A stretch of DNA of 58,443 nucleotides from a virus. The position numbers were made by a program, and so were the translations under genes. Location: positions 64,001-122,443 of IMG/VR virus record IMGVR_UViG_3300045988_162434; one strand, written 5' to 3'. The notes under the pieces were generated by a model that saw only the letters and a program-made list of their open reading frames with translations, ran no database searches and was not told the DNA's origin. Positions 47,201 through 55,286 of this stretch are shown piece after piece. The first letter of the stretch is position 1, and each line of letters opens with the position of its first letter.

Positions 47201-48272
47201 TCACCCAATATCTTTCAATCTTATCATCTGAATTAAACATAGATGCAAGAATTGGTTGGTTTTCTGCAATAATTCTTTCCTCTTGTCCGCTATGAAGTAA
47301 ATCAAGTTTAGGATAATCTTTTACCTCAACTTTTGGAATTGTCTGTTTATGAAACAAGCTATAATTTTCAATTTTATCCCAAATTTCCATTGAATTATAA
47401 CAAGCATTATCATAAATTTCTTTATAATTATCAAAAGATTTACTTAAATGCTCTAAAATTTCTTCTTCACTTTGTAAATAAGAATATTCATAGAAAGCAT
47501 CTACCTCACGTTCACCATCTTTTGAATTAAGATAAGCTTTATGAACATATCTATCTTCTTTTTTAAGATAATGCGCATCACAACCAATTACATATTTTAT
47601 TTTAAATAAATCTGCTATTGCAATAAGACCCTTATTTGCAATAATTTGTTCATTAGAACATCCCGGAGCAAATTCAATATAGAAGTCTTTTCCAAAAATT
47701 GATTGCATATCTTGAATAAAATTAACCGCAGCTGCATATGCTTCCTGTCGTCCAGCTTCGTTACCTGTCTGCTCAGCCGCCTTAAATTTCAAAAGATTAT
47801 TAGAAAGTTCTCCACCAATACATGCTGTTGTTGCGATAACATGTCCTGGGTTTCTTCCAATAACCTCTTTTAATTCAGACTTTAAAGTTGGAACTCTTTC
47901 ACCTCTATCACTATATTCGTTTAACCAAGCAAGTGAAGATAATTCTCTTAATTGCTTATGCCCAATCGCATCTTTTGCTATAAGAATAAAGTGATAATAT
48001 CTTTGTCCTTTTATTCTTTCATCAACAAGATAAATTTCATTACCCAATGCAATTTTAAAATCTGGATTTTCTTCTTTTATTTTATCTTGATATTTTTGTA
48101 CACGAACATGACCACTAAGACATTCATGGTCTGTAATGGCTATTCCCTTTAATCCTAATTCGATTGCTCTATCAATCAATAATTCCGGTTTATTAATTGA
48201 ATCAACCAATCTAAGATTTGAATATTCTGTATGCGAATGTACTTCCATTCTTAAATTCATTTTTTTCGACAT
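44223..48272 (-). CDS. dnaE: DNA polymerase III alpha subunit (DnaE-type, N-terminal PHP domain), 1349 aa
   Basis: PHP motif (MEVHSHTEYS ... ITDHECL), length and domain order of PolIII alpha. Consensus promoter upstream. Confidence 0.8.
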   Translation of the reverse strand: MSKKMNLRMEVHSHTEYSNLRLVDSINKPELLIDRAIELGLKGIAITDHECLSGHVRVQKYQDKIKEENPDFKIALGNEIYLVDERIKGQRYYHFILIAKDAIGHKQLRELSSLAWLNEYSDRGERVPTLKSELKEVIGRNPGHVIATTACIGGELSNNLLKFKAAEQTGNEAGRQEAYAAAVNFIQDMQSIFGKDFYIEFAPGCSNEQIIANKGLIAIADLFKIKYVIGCDAHYLKKEDRYVHKAYLNSKDGEREVDAFYEYSYLQSEEEILEHLSKSFDNYKEIYDNACYNSMEIWDKIENYSLFHKQTIPKVEVKDYPKLDLLHSGQEERIIAENQPILASMFNSDDKIERYWVNECLTNLCNKKEWTTYDLINEGFDYLDRLEYEADIKKTIGKKLETNMFAYPVTLQHYVDLFWECGSMVGAGRGSSCSGLNHYLLGITQLDPLKWELPFWRYLNKERTELGDIDLDLCPSKRPRILNEIKKERGKKFLSSIPPIVKANCGCTLIATFGTETTKSAIQTACRGYRSEECPDGIDIDTSQYLSSLVPQERGFLWSLKDVVYGNTEKGRKTVSTFVNEVETYPGLMDIMFAIEGLIKQRGSHASGVILFDEDPFEFGCFMRTPSGDVITQYDLHDAESAGMTKYDFLVTSVQDKLVEAIKLLQQYGEIDKNKTLREIYNEMFQPENLPLDDKKCWNALQAGTVLDTFQFDSVVGSQAAKKIHPKSILEMADANGLMRLMTSEQGAETPMDKYIRFKNNINLWYEEMRRYGLTEDEMKALEPHFLKSYGVPPSQEQLMTMLMDKDICGFSLAEANAARKIVGKKQMSKIPALREKVLQQAKSKALGVYVWECGIGPQMGYSFSVIHAIAYSFIGYQTLYIGTHWNPIFWDTACLRVNSGSLEEEHEEEIVNIYEPEDFETYDYIDLPGHQEKKKIKKSTNYGKIATAIGDITTKGIKVSLVDINRSDFTFMPDIENNQILFGLKGISNIGDDVIDKIKSGRPYSSLKDFMLRCKLTKTAMINLIKAGAFDEIEKNGLGNRKMIMGYYLYNECGLKKRITLQNFNGLIEAGLVPKELELEIRVFNFNKFLKNFKVGRYYTFNNEAISFFDKFYSDCSDKLQIINGVVCILQTDWDKIYKKQMDNARNWIKDNSESILKAYNQKIFKDAWDKYAFGTVSHWEMDALCFYHREHELANIDFNKYGIRDFNELESEPVDYFFKRGQRQIPIYKLSRIAGTVIDKNDSKSMITLLTTSGVVDVKFTREYYAMFKKQISDIGPDGKKHVKEKSWFKRGTMLMITGFRRDDQFVGKTYKNTIGHQLYKITEVKGNEIAITHERWSSNTSEEEDE

Positions 48273-48293
48273 CCTTTTCCTATATTATAATTT

Positions 48294-48322
48294 ATTATAG
48301 CATAAATTTAATATAAAGTCAA
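48294..48322 (-). promoter_or_regulatory. sigma-A promoter TTGACT-17-TGcTATAAT for dnaE
   Basis: The minus strand reads GTTGACTTTATATTAAATTTATGCTATAAT. The -35 overlaps the stop codon of the upstream gene. Confidence 0.65.
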
Positions 48323-48543
48323 CTGCCTTCATTTTCAAAGCCAGTTTTTGTTACAATTTCTATTTTAGTATTTCCATATTCATCAGATACAATCTCAGGC
48401 TGTTGCCATGTATGGAAACTGCTATTGTCACATAAAGATGATTCACTTTTTTTATCACGTTCTTTAATTATATCTTCATTAGATATTTTTTCTTTTGGTT
48501 TATTTCCAAAAAGCGCATGATATTCAAATGTACTAATAAGCAT
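48319..48543 (-). CDS. hypothetical protein (74 aa)
   Basis: ORF in the operon. Confidence 0.55.
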   Translation of the reverse strand: MLISTFEYHALFGNKPKEKISNEDIIKERDKKSESSLCDNSSFHTWQQPEIVSDEYGNTKIEIVTKTGFENEGS

Positions 48544-48553
48544 AAAGCCTCCT

Positions 48554-49738
48554 TTATGGTCGTACTAAAACTAACTTTTGTGCAGCTCTAGTGCAAGCTG
48601 TATATAACCAACGAGCATGCTCTGTTCTATCAAAAGGGAAAGTTTCTTCAACTGTTGTTACTTTATCAAACTCACTACCTTGTGACTTATGACAAGTGAT
48701 TGCGTATCCAAAAGCAAATTCTCTTGGAACAATATCTCCAATTCTAGGAATTAACTTACCAAGAGCATAAGCTTCTTTCCAATCAATACATTTTTCTCCT
48801 GTTTCTATCATATGTTTATCCATTTCTACTTGCTCAAAGGTTTCTCCTTCGTCAGTTTCAAATACACATGTAATATTTTCAAGATTGTGATTTTTCATAT
48901 TTATATATCTAGGAGCAACCCTAAAAGATTCAAAAGGATTATGAATAATTCCTGTTAAACCATTTACAAGAACACTTTCTCCATCTTCAGATGTGTCATC
49001 CCAATAATTTCTTAAACAAATCATTTTTTCCCCATCTTGTGGTAGCCCCTCAAACCCATATAAACTTCTAATTTGATTATTTAAAGCTTGACGAGTAGCA
49101 TTTGTGCCACAAATAACCTGATCTGCCCATGTCAAATGTCCAGTTACAAGTTCTTTTTTAGGAATAATAATAACTTCATTTCCTTTTTTGAAATCTATAT
49201 TTTCATAATTTCTAATTTTCATTGTGGTTTGGATGATTTCGCTTTCTGCGGCTTGACGCATAACTTCATCTAAAAAAACATGTGGTTTATCAAGTAGTGT
49301 ATGAGCCTCTTTTTTATCAATCTGCGGCAGCTGAAAGGGGTCTCCAAGGAAGATTACATATACTTTGTGAGCTAAGAGTAAATCTATCATTGACTTAGGT
49401 ACCATAGATACCTCGTCTACTACAACAATAGTATAATCTAGTTTGGTTTTTGGTTTTCTATAAAACCCACCTGCAGGTCTTGGAATACTATCATAAAGTA
49501 ATCTATGTAATGTCATTGCATTTGGATTACCTTTTTTCCTTAATACTTCTGCCGCTTTACCTGTATATGCTGCATATGCAACTTTGGATTCTTCTACATC
49601 TAAAGCTGAAATGATAAACTTAACCAAAGTTGATTTTCCCGTACCAGCATACCCAGATATTGTGGTATATTTTTCTCCGTTCTTATATCGCTTTAATGCT
49701 GTTTTTAATCCTTCTTCTTGTTTATTTGTTAATTCCAT
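48554..49738 (-). CDS. SF1 RecD/Dda-like ATP-dependent DNA helicase (394 aa)
   Basis: Walker A GYAGTGKST, DEVSMVP (Walker B), C-terminal CHKSQGSEFD motif typical of RecD/PIF1/Dda helicases. Confidence 0.8.
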   Translation of the reverse strand: MELTNKQEEGLKTALKRYKNGEKYTTISGYAGTGKSTLVKFIISALDVEESKVAYAAYTGKAAEVLRKKGNPNAMTLHRLLYDSIPRPAGGFYRKPKTKLDYTIVVVDEVSMVPKSMIDLLLAHKVYVIFLGDPFQLPQIDKKEAHTLLDKPHVFLDEVMRQAAESEIIQTTMKIRNYENIDFKKGNEVIIIPKKELVTGHLTWADQVICGTNATRQALNNQIRSLYGFEGLPQDGEKMICLRNYWDDTSEDGESVLVNGLTGIIHNPFESFRVAPRYINMKNHNLENITCVFETDEGETFEQVEMDKHMIETGEKCIDWKEAYALGKLIPRIGDIVPREFAFGYAITCHKSQGSEFDKVTTVEETFPFDRTEHARWLYTACTRAAQKLVLVRP

Positions 49739-49740
49739 AG

Positions 49741-49956
49741 TTAATCTTCTCCAATATATAAATTTAATTCTTTCATTGCTTTTTTGATTCCATTAGCTTC
49801 TACAAATCCTGCTAATTCAATATGTGCATCTACAAATTGACTACGTTTAAATTTTTCATCTATTGATGCTCTTCTATCTTTTATTTCTGTATCAATAAAA
49901 TGAGATAAAGCTTTTAATTTTTCATAAATATCATTCATTTTATAACCAACCTCCAT
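49741..49956 (-). CDS. hypothetical protein (65-71 aa; better start probably ATG at 49938, MNDIYEK, with GGAGGT 10 nt upstream)
   Basis: ORF in the operon. Confidence 0.5.
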   Translation of the reverse strand: MEVGYKMNDIYEKLKALSHFIDTEIKDRRASIDEKFKRSQFVDAHIELAGFVEANGIKKAMKELNLYIGED

Positions 49957-50107
49957 TTTTTAATATTTCTTCTATATCCATTATGGTTTTTATTCTATCT
50001 TCTGGATAATCATAATATTCATTTTCAAAAATTTCTACAATTTTATGAATATCATTCCACGCTTCTAAAGACCTTTCTTTTTTCCATTCTTTATATTCAT
50101 TGCTCAT
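49943..50107 (-). CDS. small hypothetical protein (about 54 aa, MSNEYKEWKKERSLEAWNDIHK ... KNGGWL), not in the ORF track
   Basis: RBS AAAAGGAG 9 nt upstream. Stop overlaps the next gene's RBS. Immediately downstream of a promoter. Confidence 0.35.
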
Positions 50108-50134
50108 ATCTCCACAACTCCTTTTATATAATAT

Positions 50135-50163
50135 ATTATATCATATTTTTATTAAAAACACAA
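50135..50163 (-). promoter_or_regulatory. sigma-A promoter TTGTGT-17-TGaTATAAT (shares a conserved box AAAATATGATATAATATA with the promoter at 57374)
   Basis: The minus strand reads ATTTGTGTTTTTAATAAAAATATGATATAAT. Confidence 0.55.
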
Positions 50164-50189
50164 ATAAGGGTAGCAACAAAGCTACCCTT
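50154..50189 (-). terminator. rho-independent terminator after the SLOG gene (AAGGGTAGC-AACAAA-GCTACCCTT, then T-run on the minus strand)
   Basis: Perfect 9-bp stem containing the stop codon, followed by ATTTGTGTTTTT. Confidence 0.65.
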
Positions 50190-50619
50190 GTAAAATTGAT
50201 TGTGGTAAATATAAAATTTTTCTATCTATTTGTTTTGCATATTCAATAGTATTGTAAGTCCCACCAAATTCAATACCATCCCAAATAGCTAATAAAATAT
50301 CACAATTATCAACCATATATTTATCTCTGATAAAGTAATTTTCTTTATGATATTCTTCACTTACCATATAAATCCAAGAATCCTCCATAAGATATTGTTC
50401 AAATGGATGATATTTTTTTCTTTTATATGGTAAGCAACAAACAAGAGGAACATTACATTCTTTAGCTACTGAACCAAAAATCTGATCTGCACCTTGAGCC
50501 ATACCACAATATGCTTCAGAAAAATTATATATCTGAAATTGCTCTTCTATCCACGCGCGGACTTCTGCTTCATGGCCCCTTAATCTTTCGGGCCTATGCC
50601 CTGTTAAAGCTACCTTCAT
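50182..50619 (-). CDS. SLOG-superfamily protein, YpsA/YoqJ-like (DUF1273)
   Basis: Hallmark N-terminus MKVALTGHRPERL and overall size (145 aa). Family known from SPbeta (YoqJ). Confidence 0.6.
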   Translation of the reverse strand: MKVALTGHRPERLRGHEAEVRAWIEEQFQIYNFSEAYCGMAQGADQIFGSVAKECNVPLVCCLPYKRKKYHPFEQYLMEDSWIYMVSEEYHKENYFIRDKYMVDNCDILLAIWDGIEFGGTYNTIEYAKQIDRKILYLPQSILQG

Positions 50620-50627
50620 ATATCCTC

Positions 50628-52412
50628 CTAAAATATAAAAGCTACACTATCTACTACTTCATAGTCAACTAAAAGAAGTTGTGGATTGCGGCTGCCGCAC
50701 CACTCATTAACTCTACATTGACAAACAGCATTTATTTCAACAAATCCATTTTCTGAATATAATTTATTAAACTCTTCTTCATCTGTTCCGAATTTTATAA
50801 TTGAACAATTATTTGGTAAAGATACTTTTATAGTTGTGTTTTTAAGAAGTTGAATCATGTCTTTTGTTATTTTTAGGTTTTTAATATACACAAACGGTTC
50901 ATCAACATCCTTACCCCATAAATAATCATGGTCAGCTATTGATATAATTGCATCAGTATCTATGGTATTTTCTTCAAAAATATAATCTACCCAATAAATA
51001 GGCTCATCAGATATATCTTTTAATGCTTCATTTGTTTTTTCAAGAAAAGCAAGAATATCCTCTCCTTCAACCTCTTCTGCTCCTGGTTCAGAAAATCTAA
51101 TACCTAAGCCGAAAGCTCCTTGGTGTCCCTCTTCGTAGAGCGTGCAGCCGGTTTCCGCGCATATGTCTTTAAAATTATTAACTCCAGTTCTGTCACATCC
51201 ACGAGCAGAGCCTTGATAAGATATAGCTCCATCTTTATCAACTACTTTTGTTAATATACAACATGGTCGCTGATATTTTGCCATATACTTATTTGCTATC
51301 AATCCAGCTATATTTCTATCAATCTCTCCAGGATTAAGTAAAAAAAGCAAAACTTTGTCATCTAATAAATGTTTTTCTTCAATTAAACTTTCAAGATGTT
51401 CCATTCCTTTATCTTGAGCTTTTGTTTGTCTATTTTTAACATTAGTTACAGTTCTTAAAGCCTGATCAAGGATAGTTTCTTTTTCGCCAAAAGCATGTCC
51501 TCTTTTAGTTGAATCAACTTCTTTAAAAGCTTCAAATTTGAGCATTGATTTAAACAAAAGGTTTTTCTCTTCTTCAGTTCCACTTCTTACCATTGCATTA
51601 ACAAAAGGCGCAATATAGAACGCGGCGCCCATTGGTGTAATCCTAGTGCCCAGCTTAAAAGAATTCTTTTGCGCCATCCCATGTATAAATGGATTCTTTA
51701 AATTTAATGGCTCAAAGCCTTTATTTATAAGATGTTTAGTTTCTAAACTTTTTAAAGACATCATATCTGCTAAATTACCTAATGCAACTAAATCTAAATA
51801 ATCATTAGCATTTTCTTTTTTAAGTAAGCTATCTAAATATCGACAAAATTGCCAGACTATTCCGACACCTGAAAAATCTTTATTTGGATAATTACTTAAT
51901 TGATTGTTTATTACAATAGCATTTTCTGATATTTTGTCTGCTTCATGGTGATCCAAAACTACAACAGGGATTCCTAAAGAATGGAGTTTTTCATGTTCTT
52001 CATAATCATTACTTGAGGAATCTGGACATATAACCAAACTAAAATCAGATGCAAGGTCGACACAATCACTTAAACCATGTTGCTTGCCAGAATGTATAAA
52101 CCAAGATAAATGATTAGATACCCAATTTGGAAATGTATCATAAAGATAATTTATTAAAAGAGCTGAAGATGTGTATCCATCACAGTCACTATCCACAACT
52201 ATCAGTGCATTATCGTTCGCTCCAATGCAACTAACAACTGCGGTTGCCGCAGCTTTTAATCTATCTTCGCCCAATGATAAAGGACTATTTATGTCATCGT
52301 CTGTTGTATTTAAGTAGTGTTGTAATTCTGAAGATTTTATTCCTCTATTAATCAAGACCCTGTTGATTGCAGGGGTTTCTTGATTAAAAGGATTATATAA
52401 CTTAACTTTCAA
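50628..52412 (-). CDS. recJ: DHH-family phosphoesterase, RecJ-like single-strand DNA exonuclease
   Basis: DHH motifs DSDCDG, LDHHE, GVGIVWQF. 594 aa. Confidence 0.65.
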   Translation of the reverse strand: MKVKLYNPFNQETPAINRVLINRGIKSSELQHYLNTTDDDINSPLSLGEDRLKAAATAVVSCIGANDNALIVVDSDCDGYTSSALLINYLYDTFPNWVSNHLSWFIHSGKQHGLSDCVDLASDFSLVICPDSSSNDYEEHEKLHSLGIPVVVLDHHEADKISENAIVINNQLSNYPNKDFSGVGIVWQFCRYLDSLLKKENANDYLDLVALGNLADMMSLKSLETKHLINKGFEPLNLKNPFIHGMAQKNSFKLGTRITPMGAAFYIAPFVNAMVRSGTEEEKNLLFKSMLKFEAFKEVDSTKRGHAFGEKETILDQALRTVTNVKNRQTKAQDKGMEHLESLIEEKHLLDDKVLLFLLNPGEIDRNIAGLIANKYMAKYQRPCCILTKVVDKDGAISYQGSARGCDRTGVNNFKDICAETGCTLYEEGHQGAFGLGIRFSEPGAEEVEGEDILAFLEKTNEALKDISDEPIYWVDYIFEENTIDTDAIISIADHDYLWGKDVDEPFVYIKNLKITKDMIQLLKNTTIKVSLPNNCSIIKFGTDEEEFNKLYSENGFVEINAVCQCRVNEWCGSRNPQLLLVDYEVVDSVAFIF

Positions 52413-52946
52413 TTATTTTATAACCTCCAATTCTTCAAATATCAAGTCTGATGGTAAAAAATTTTTACATAAATAAAAAGAACCAAAGCTAACTCCTTTT
52501 TGAATTTCTTTCGTTTCTTTATTTTTAAAATAGTTAATTCTTTTATCAAAAATTAATGCTTGACAATTTTTCATATAAGGAAATCTTTTTTGTCCTTGCA
52601 GAGTAGGAATAGGAAAAAGCATTGCAAACGGTTTGTCTAATTCCGATAATCTTTTTATTATGTCATCTTTAATTGAAAAAGGAGGATTAGAAATAATAAA
52701 ATCATATTTTTCATTTGGCTCATAATTAAAAAAGTTTTGTCCCAAATCTATATGACTATAAATTACTTTATTGCCATTTTTCTTAAATATTTTCACATAT
52801 TCACTATCTTCTGTGTCAAAAGGACACCAGATAACATTTGATTTTTTTATATATTTTAATAATGGGGTAATAGCATAAGACGGCGTATAAACCTCATCAC
52901 TTTCTTTATCTGTTTTTGCTGTTAAATATCCTTTGTTAATTGCCAT
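52413..52946 (-). CDS. phage Dam-like DNA N6-adenine methyltransferase
   Basis: DEVYTP near the N-terminus and the catalytic NPPF motif. 177 aa. Confidence 0.65.
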   Translation of the reverse strand: MAINKGYLTAKTDKESDEVYTPSYAITPLLKYIKKSNVIWCPFDTEDSEYVKIFKKNGNKVIYSHIDLGQNFFNYEPNEKYDFIISNPPFSIKDDIIKRLSELDKPFAMLFPIPTLQGQKRFPYMKNCQALIFDKRINYFKNKETKEIQKGVSFGSFYLCKNFLPSDLIFEELEVIK

Positions 52947-53137
52947 TACTTAATTGCCTCCAATACTATAATATTACTGCATTGTGGGCATTTAATAGTT
53001 TTTCTTATAGGATTATAATCTTGATAAGGATTATAATTACTTATTATTTCTATATCATCTTTCTCAAAACTAAAAATACATCCACATTCTGAACATTGTA
53101 TTTTTTGTTTTGTCCCCTCTTCTATTATATGTATCAT
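52946..53137 (-). CDS. small zinc-ribbon protein (CxxC ... CxxC), 63 aa
   Basis: CSECGC ... CPQCSN. Overlapping start/stop coupling with its neighbours. Confidence 0.55.
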   Translation of the reverse strand: MIHIIEEGTKQKIQCSECGCIFSFEKDDIEIISNYNPYQDYNPIRKTIKCPQCSNIIVLEAIK

Positions 53138-54270
53138 AATATTATCCTTTCTTTAAATAATTGCAAAAAAATATCTGGACCCCTATCTATAGGAGAGTCC
53201 TTATACCCAATTAAATTATTATTATCAAACAAAAAACTTAATTGTGTTTTACTTCCATATTTTTTTTGCATATTTAATAAATTCTTTGTCAATTTCTTAT
53301 ATTCATCATCATTAACTTCTTGAAACTGTTTGTCCAAACTAATACAAATTTCTTCTGCACCTGCTTCAACCAATAATTTATATTGATATCCAATAAATGC
53401 AGAGCCACAACAAGCTACTGATATATCATTTTCTTTTCCAAAGTAACTTGCATATAATAATGTACTTTTTTCAGATTCAAAAAGAAAAGCTTTTTTTATT
53501 TTTGCTATATTATCTTTACTTTTATTTAAGTTATATAAATTAAAAGATAAAGGATGATTATACATTATCCCATTTATAATAGCCGGTCTATACTTCCCTC
53601 TATCAACAAGAGATAAATCCAAAGTTCTTTCTCTAATACCAATTAAATTATTATCTTTATCATAGTGCGGAATTACAATACCATTATTCTTTGGATCGTA
53701 GCATATTCCCGCGGCATTGAGGATTTCTTTTTTCATGCCTTCTCGTTCCCATATACCTATATTTGGGTGCGGCAGCCTTGTTAGGATAGAATCATCATAT
53801 ACTTTTAGTTCTACAGTTTGAGACTCTTGTTGTATATCTTTTATTCTATCATAACTATTTAGAATTTTCCAATCCTCAAGCAACGAAACTAGATTTTTAT
53901 CATCTATTTTTTGTTTTGGAGAAAATCCAAATTTTTCTGCAATATATCGAATAGCATCTGGTAATTCCCAATCAATAGTATATTCTTTCCCTTCTGGAGT
54001 GTATTTAATTTTTTTTTGAACTCTTGATTTAACTTTTCTTGTCAATTCAAAAATATCAAATGTATCACCACAGTCAGTATAACATCTAAAAAGTTTAGTA
54101 TTATCATAATAAAAAAGTTTATGTTGTTGTCCACAATGACAAACTGTTTTAGATATTATTTTATCTCCTTGCAATATTGGATCTGCATCAAATTCAGATA
54201 AAACATCAATAATTTGTTCTATTGTTAAGGAGTTTTTAATTAAGTCTTTATCATATTCATAAGTTTGCAT
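53134..54270 (-). CDS. DNA primase (DnaG-type: CHC2 zinc finger plus TOPRIM)
   Basis: CHCGQQHKLFYYDNTKLFRCYTDCG zinc finger. TOPRIM-like LFESEKSTL. RBS GAGG. Confidence 0.75.
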   Translation of the reverse strand: MQTYEYDKDLIKNSLTIEQIIDVLSEFDADPILQGDKIISKTVCHCGQQHKLFYYDNTKLFRCYTDCGDTFDIFELTRKVKSRVQKKIKYTPEGKEYTIDWELPDAIRYIAEKFGFSPKQKIDDKNLVSLLEDWKILNSYDRIKDIQQESQTVELKVYDDSILTRLPHPNIGIWEREGMKKEILNAAGICYDPKNNGIVIPHYDKDNNLIGIRERTLDLSLVDRGKYRPAIINGIMYNHPLSFNLYNLNKSKDNIAKIKKAFLFESEKSTLLYASYFGKENDISVACCGSAFIGYQYKLLVEAGAEEICISLDKQFQEVNDDEYKKLTKNLLNMQKKYGSKTQLSFLFDNNNLIGYKDSPIDRGPDIFLQLFKERIIL

Positions 54271-54286
54271 CTTTATACCTCTTTTT

Positions 54287-54323
54287 ATTAGTTACAACTA
54301 ATATATAATTAGTTATAACTAAT
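54287..54323. promoter_or_regulatory. tandem operator-like palindromes ATTAGTT(AC/AT)AACTAAT, two 16-bp copies separated by ATATA, immediately upstream of the primase start
   Basis: Each copy is a 7+2+7 perfect palindrome. Centre-to-centre spacing is 21 bp (two helical turns). Together they can also form a 16-bp hairpin. Confidence 0.5.
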
Positions 54324-55222
54324 TATTTTATTAAAAAATCTGAAGTTTCTACTTTTAAATCTTCTATTTTTATATCTTTATGAGTATAAGGTATTCTAAT
54401 TAAAGGAATATTGTTTTCTTTACACCAACTATTTTTATAATTATCCCTTGATTGATTTGATAAAAAGTTCTCTAAAGCTTTTGTGTCATTTATTTCGTTA
54501 CTAAATTTTACTGGATGAAAGTGTTGTTCTCCATCAAACTCAATTAAATATGTATTATTGACAAAAAAATCAAATCTTAATTTAATATTAGTATTGGGGT
54601 AAACACAGTTACTGAAGCTTTTTTCTCGTTGATAAGATATATTATTATCATTTAATATACTTTGTATAGTTCTCTCTCCAATAGATTTTCTTTCTGAATT
54701 ACAATATTCACAAAAATATCTGCTTCCTCGTCTTAAAAGTTCTCCAATAACTTCCTGCTGTCTACCACATTTTATGCATTCACATTTCCAAATTAGTCTT
54801 TCATTTTTTCCTCTATTTATAGGTTCTATAGCTTTTAAATCTCCATAGATATTTCCAGCTATATTTAAAAAATCTCTAGTTCCTATTTCTCTTAACATTT
54901 TTTCTCCACGCTCTTTTCTATAACAACCACAAGAAATAGTCCCTAAATTATCAAAATCATTATTTTTAACAATTTTCCAATTTCCACAATCACATTTACA
55001 TAAATAAAATAAATTAGAAATTTTTTTATCTGTTCTTCTAATTTCTTCAACAAAAACAAGTCTGCCATTTTCTTTTTGATGATAACCTTGTTTTTTTATA
55101 TTTTTTGTTCTTTTTTGCCGTATTGCTGGCTCATAGTCTTGATTTGGTTTTATTTCTTTATAGAATTTAATTTTATTTTCTAGACTTAAATGATTATAGT
55201 CTTCTATAGTAAGATTATTCAT
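54323..55222 (-). CDS. putative freestanding endonuclease: N-terminal CxxC-rich Zn-finger-like region plus C-terminal DUF559/Vsr-like PD-(D/E)XK domain
   Basis: C-terminal YLIEFDGEQHF ... IPLIRIPY resembles the DUF559 'ELDGxQH' endonuclease core. Multiple Cys pairs in the N-terminal half. Inserted between dnaB and the primase. Confidence 0.55.
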   Translation of the reverse strand: MNNLTIEDYNHLSLENKIKFYKEIKPNQDYEPAIRQKRTKNIKKQGYHQKENGRLVFVEEIRRTDKKISNLFYLCKCDCGNWKIVKNNDFDNLGTISCGCYRKERGEKMLREIGTRDFLNIAGNIYGDLKAIEPINRGKNERLIWKCECIKCGRQQEVIGELLRRGSRYFCEYCNSERKSIGERTIQSILNDNNISYQREKSFSNCVYPNTNIKLRFDFFVNNTYLIEFDGEQHFHPVKFSNEINDTKALENFLSNQSRDNYKNSWCKENNIPLIRIPYTHKDIKIEDLKVETSDFLIK

Positions 55223-55286
55223 TTTTAGCCTCCTTTCATTATTATATTACAATTATATTTTTAAAAATATAAAATCTTGCCCAAAA

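Noticed and set aside
55253-55272. Perfect 20-bp palindrome TTATATTTTTAAAAATATAA between dnaB and the endonuclease gene
   Set aside because: It is composed only of A and T, so such palindromes are expected by chance in about 30% GC DNA. It may contribute to a weak promoter (TATAAT ... TATAAT nearby) but is not reportable as a specific site.
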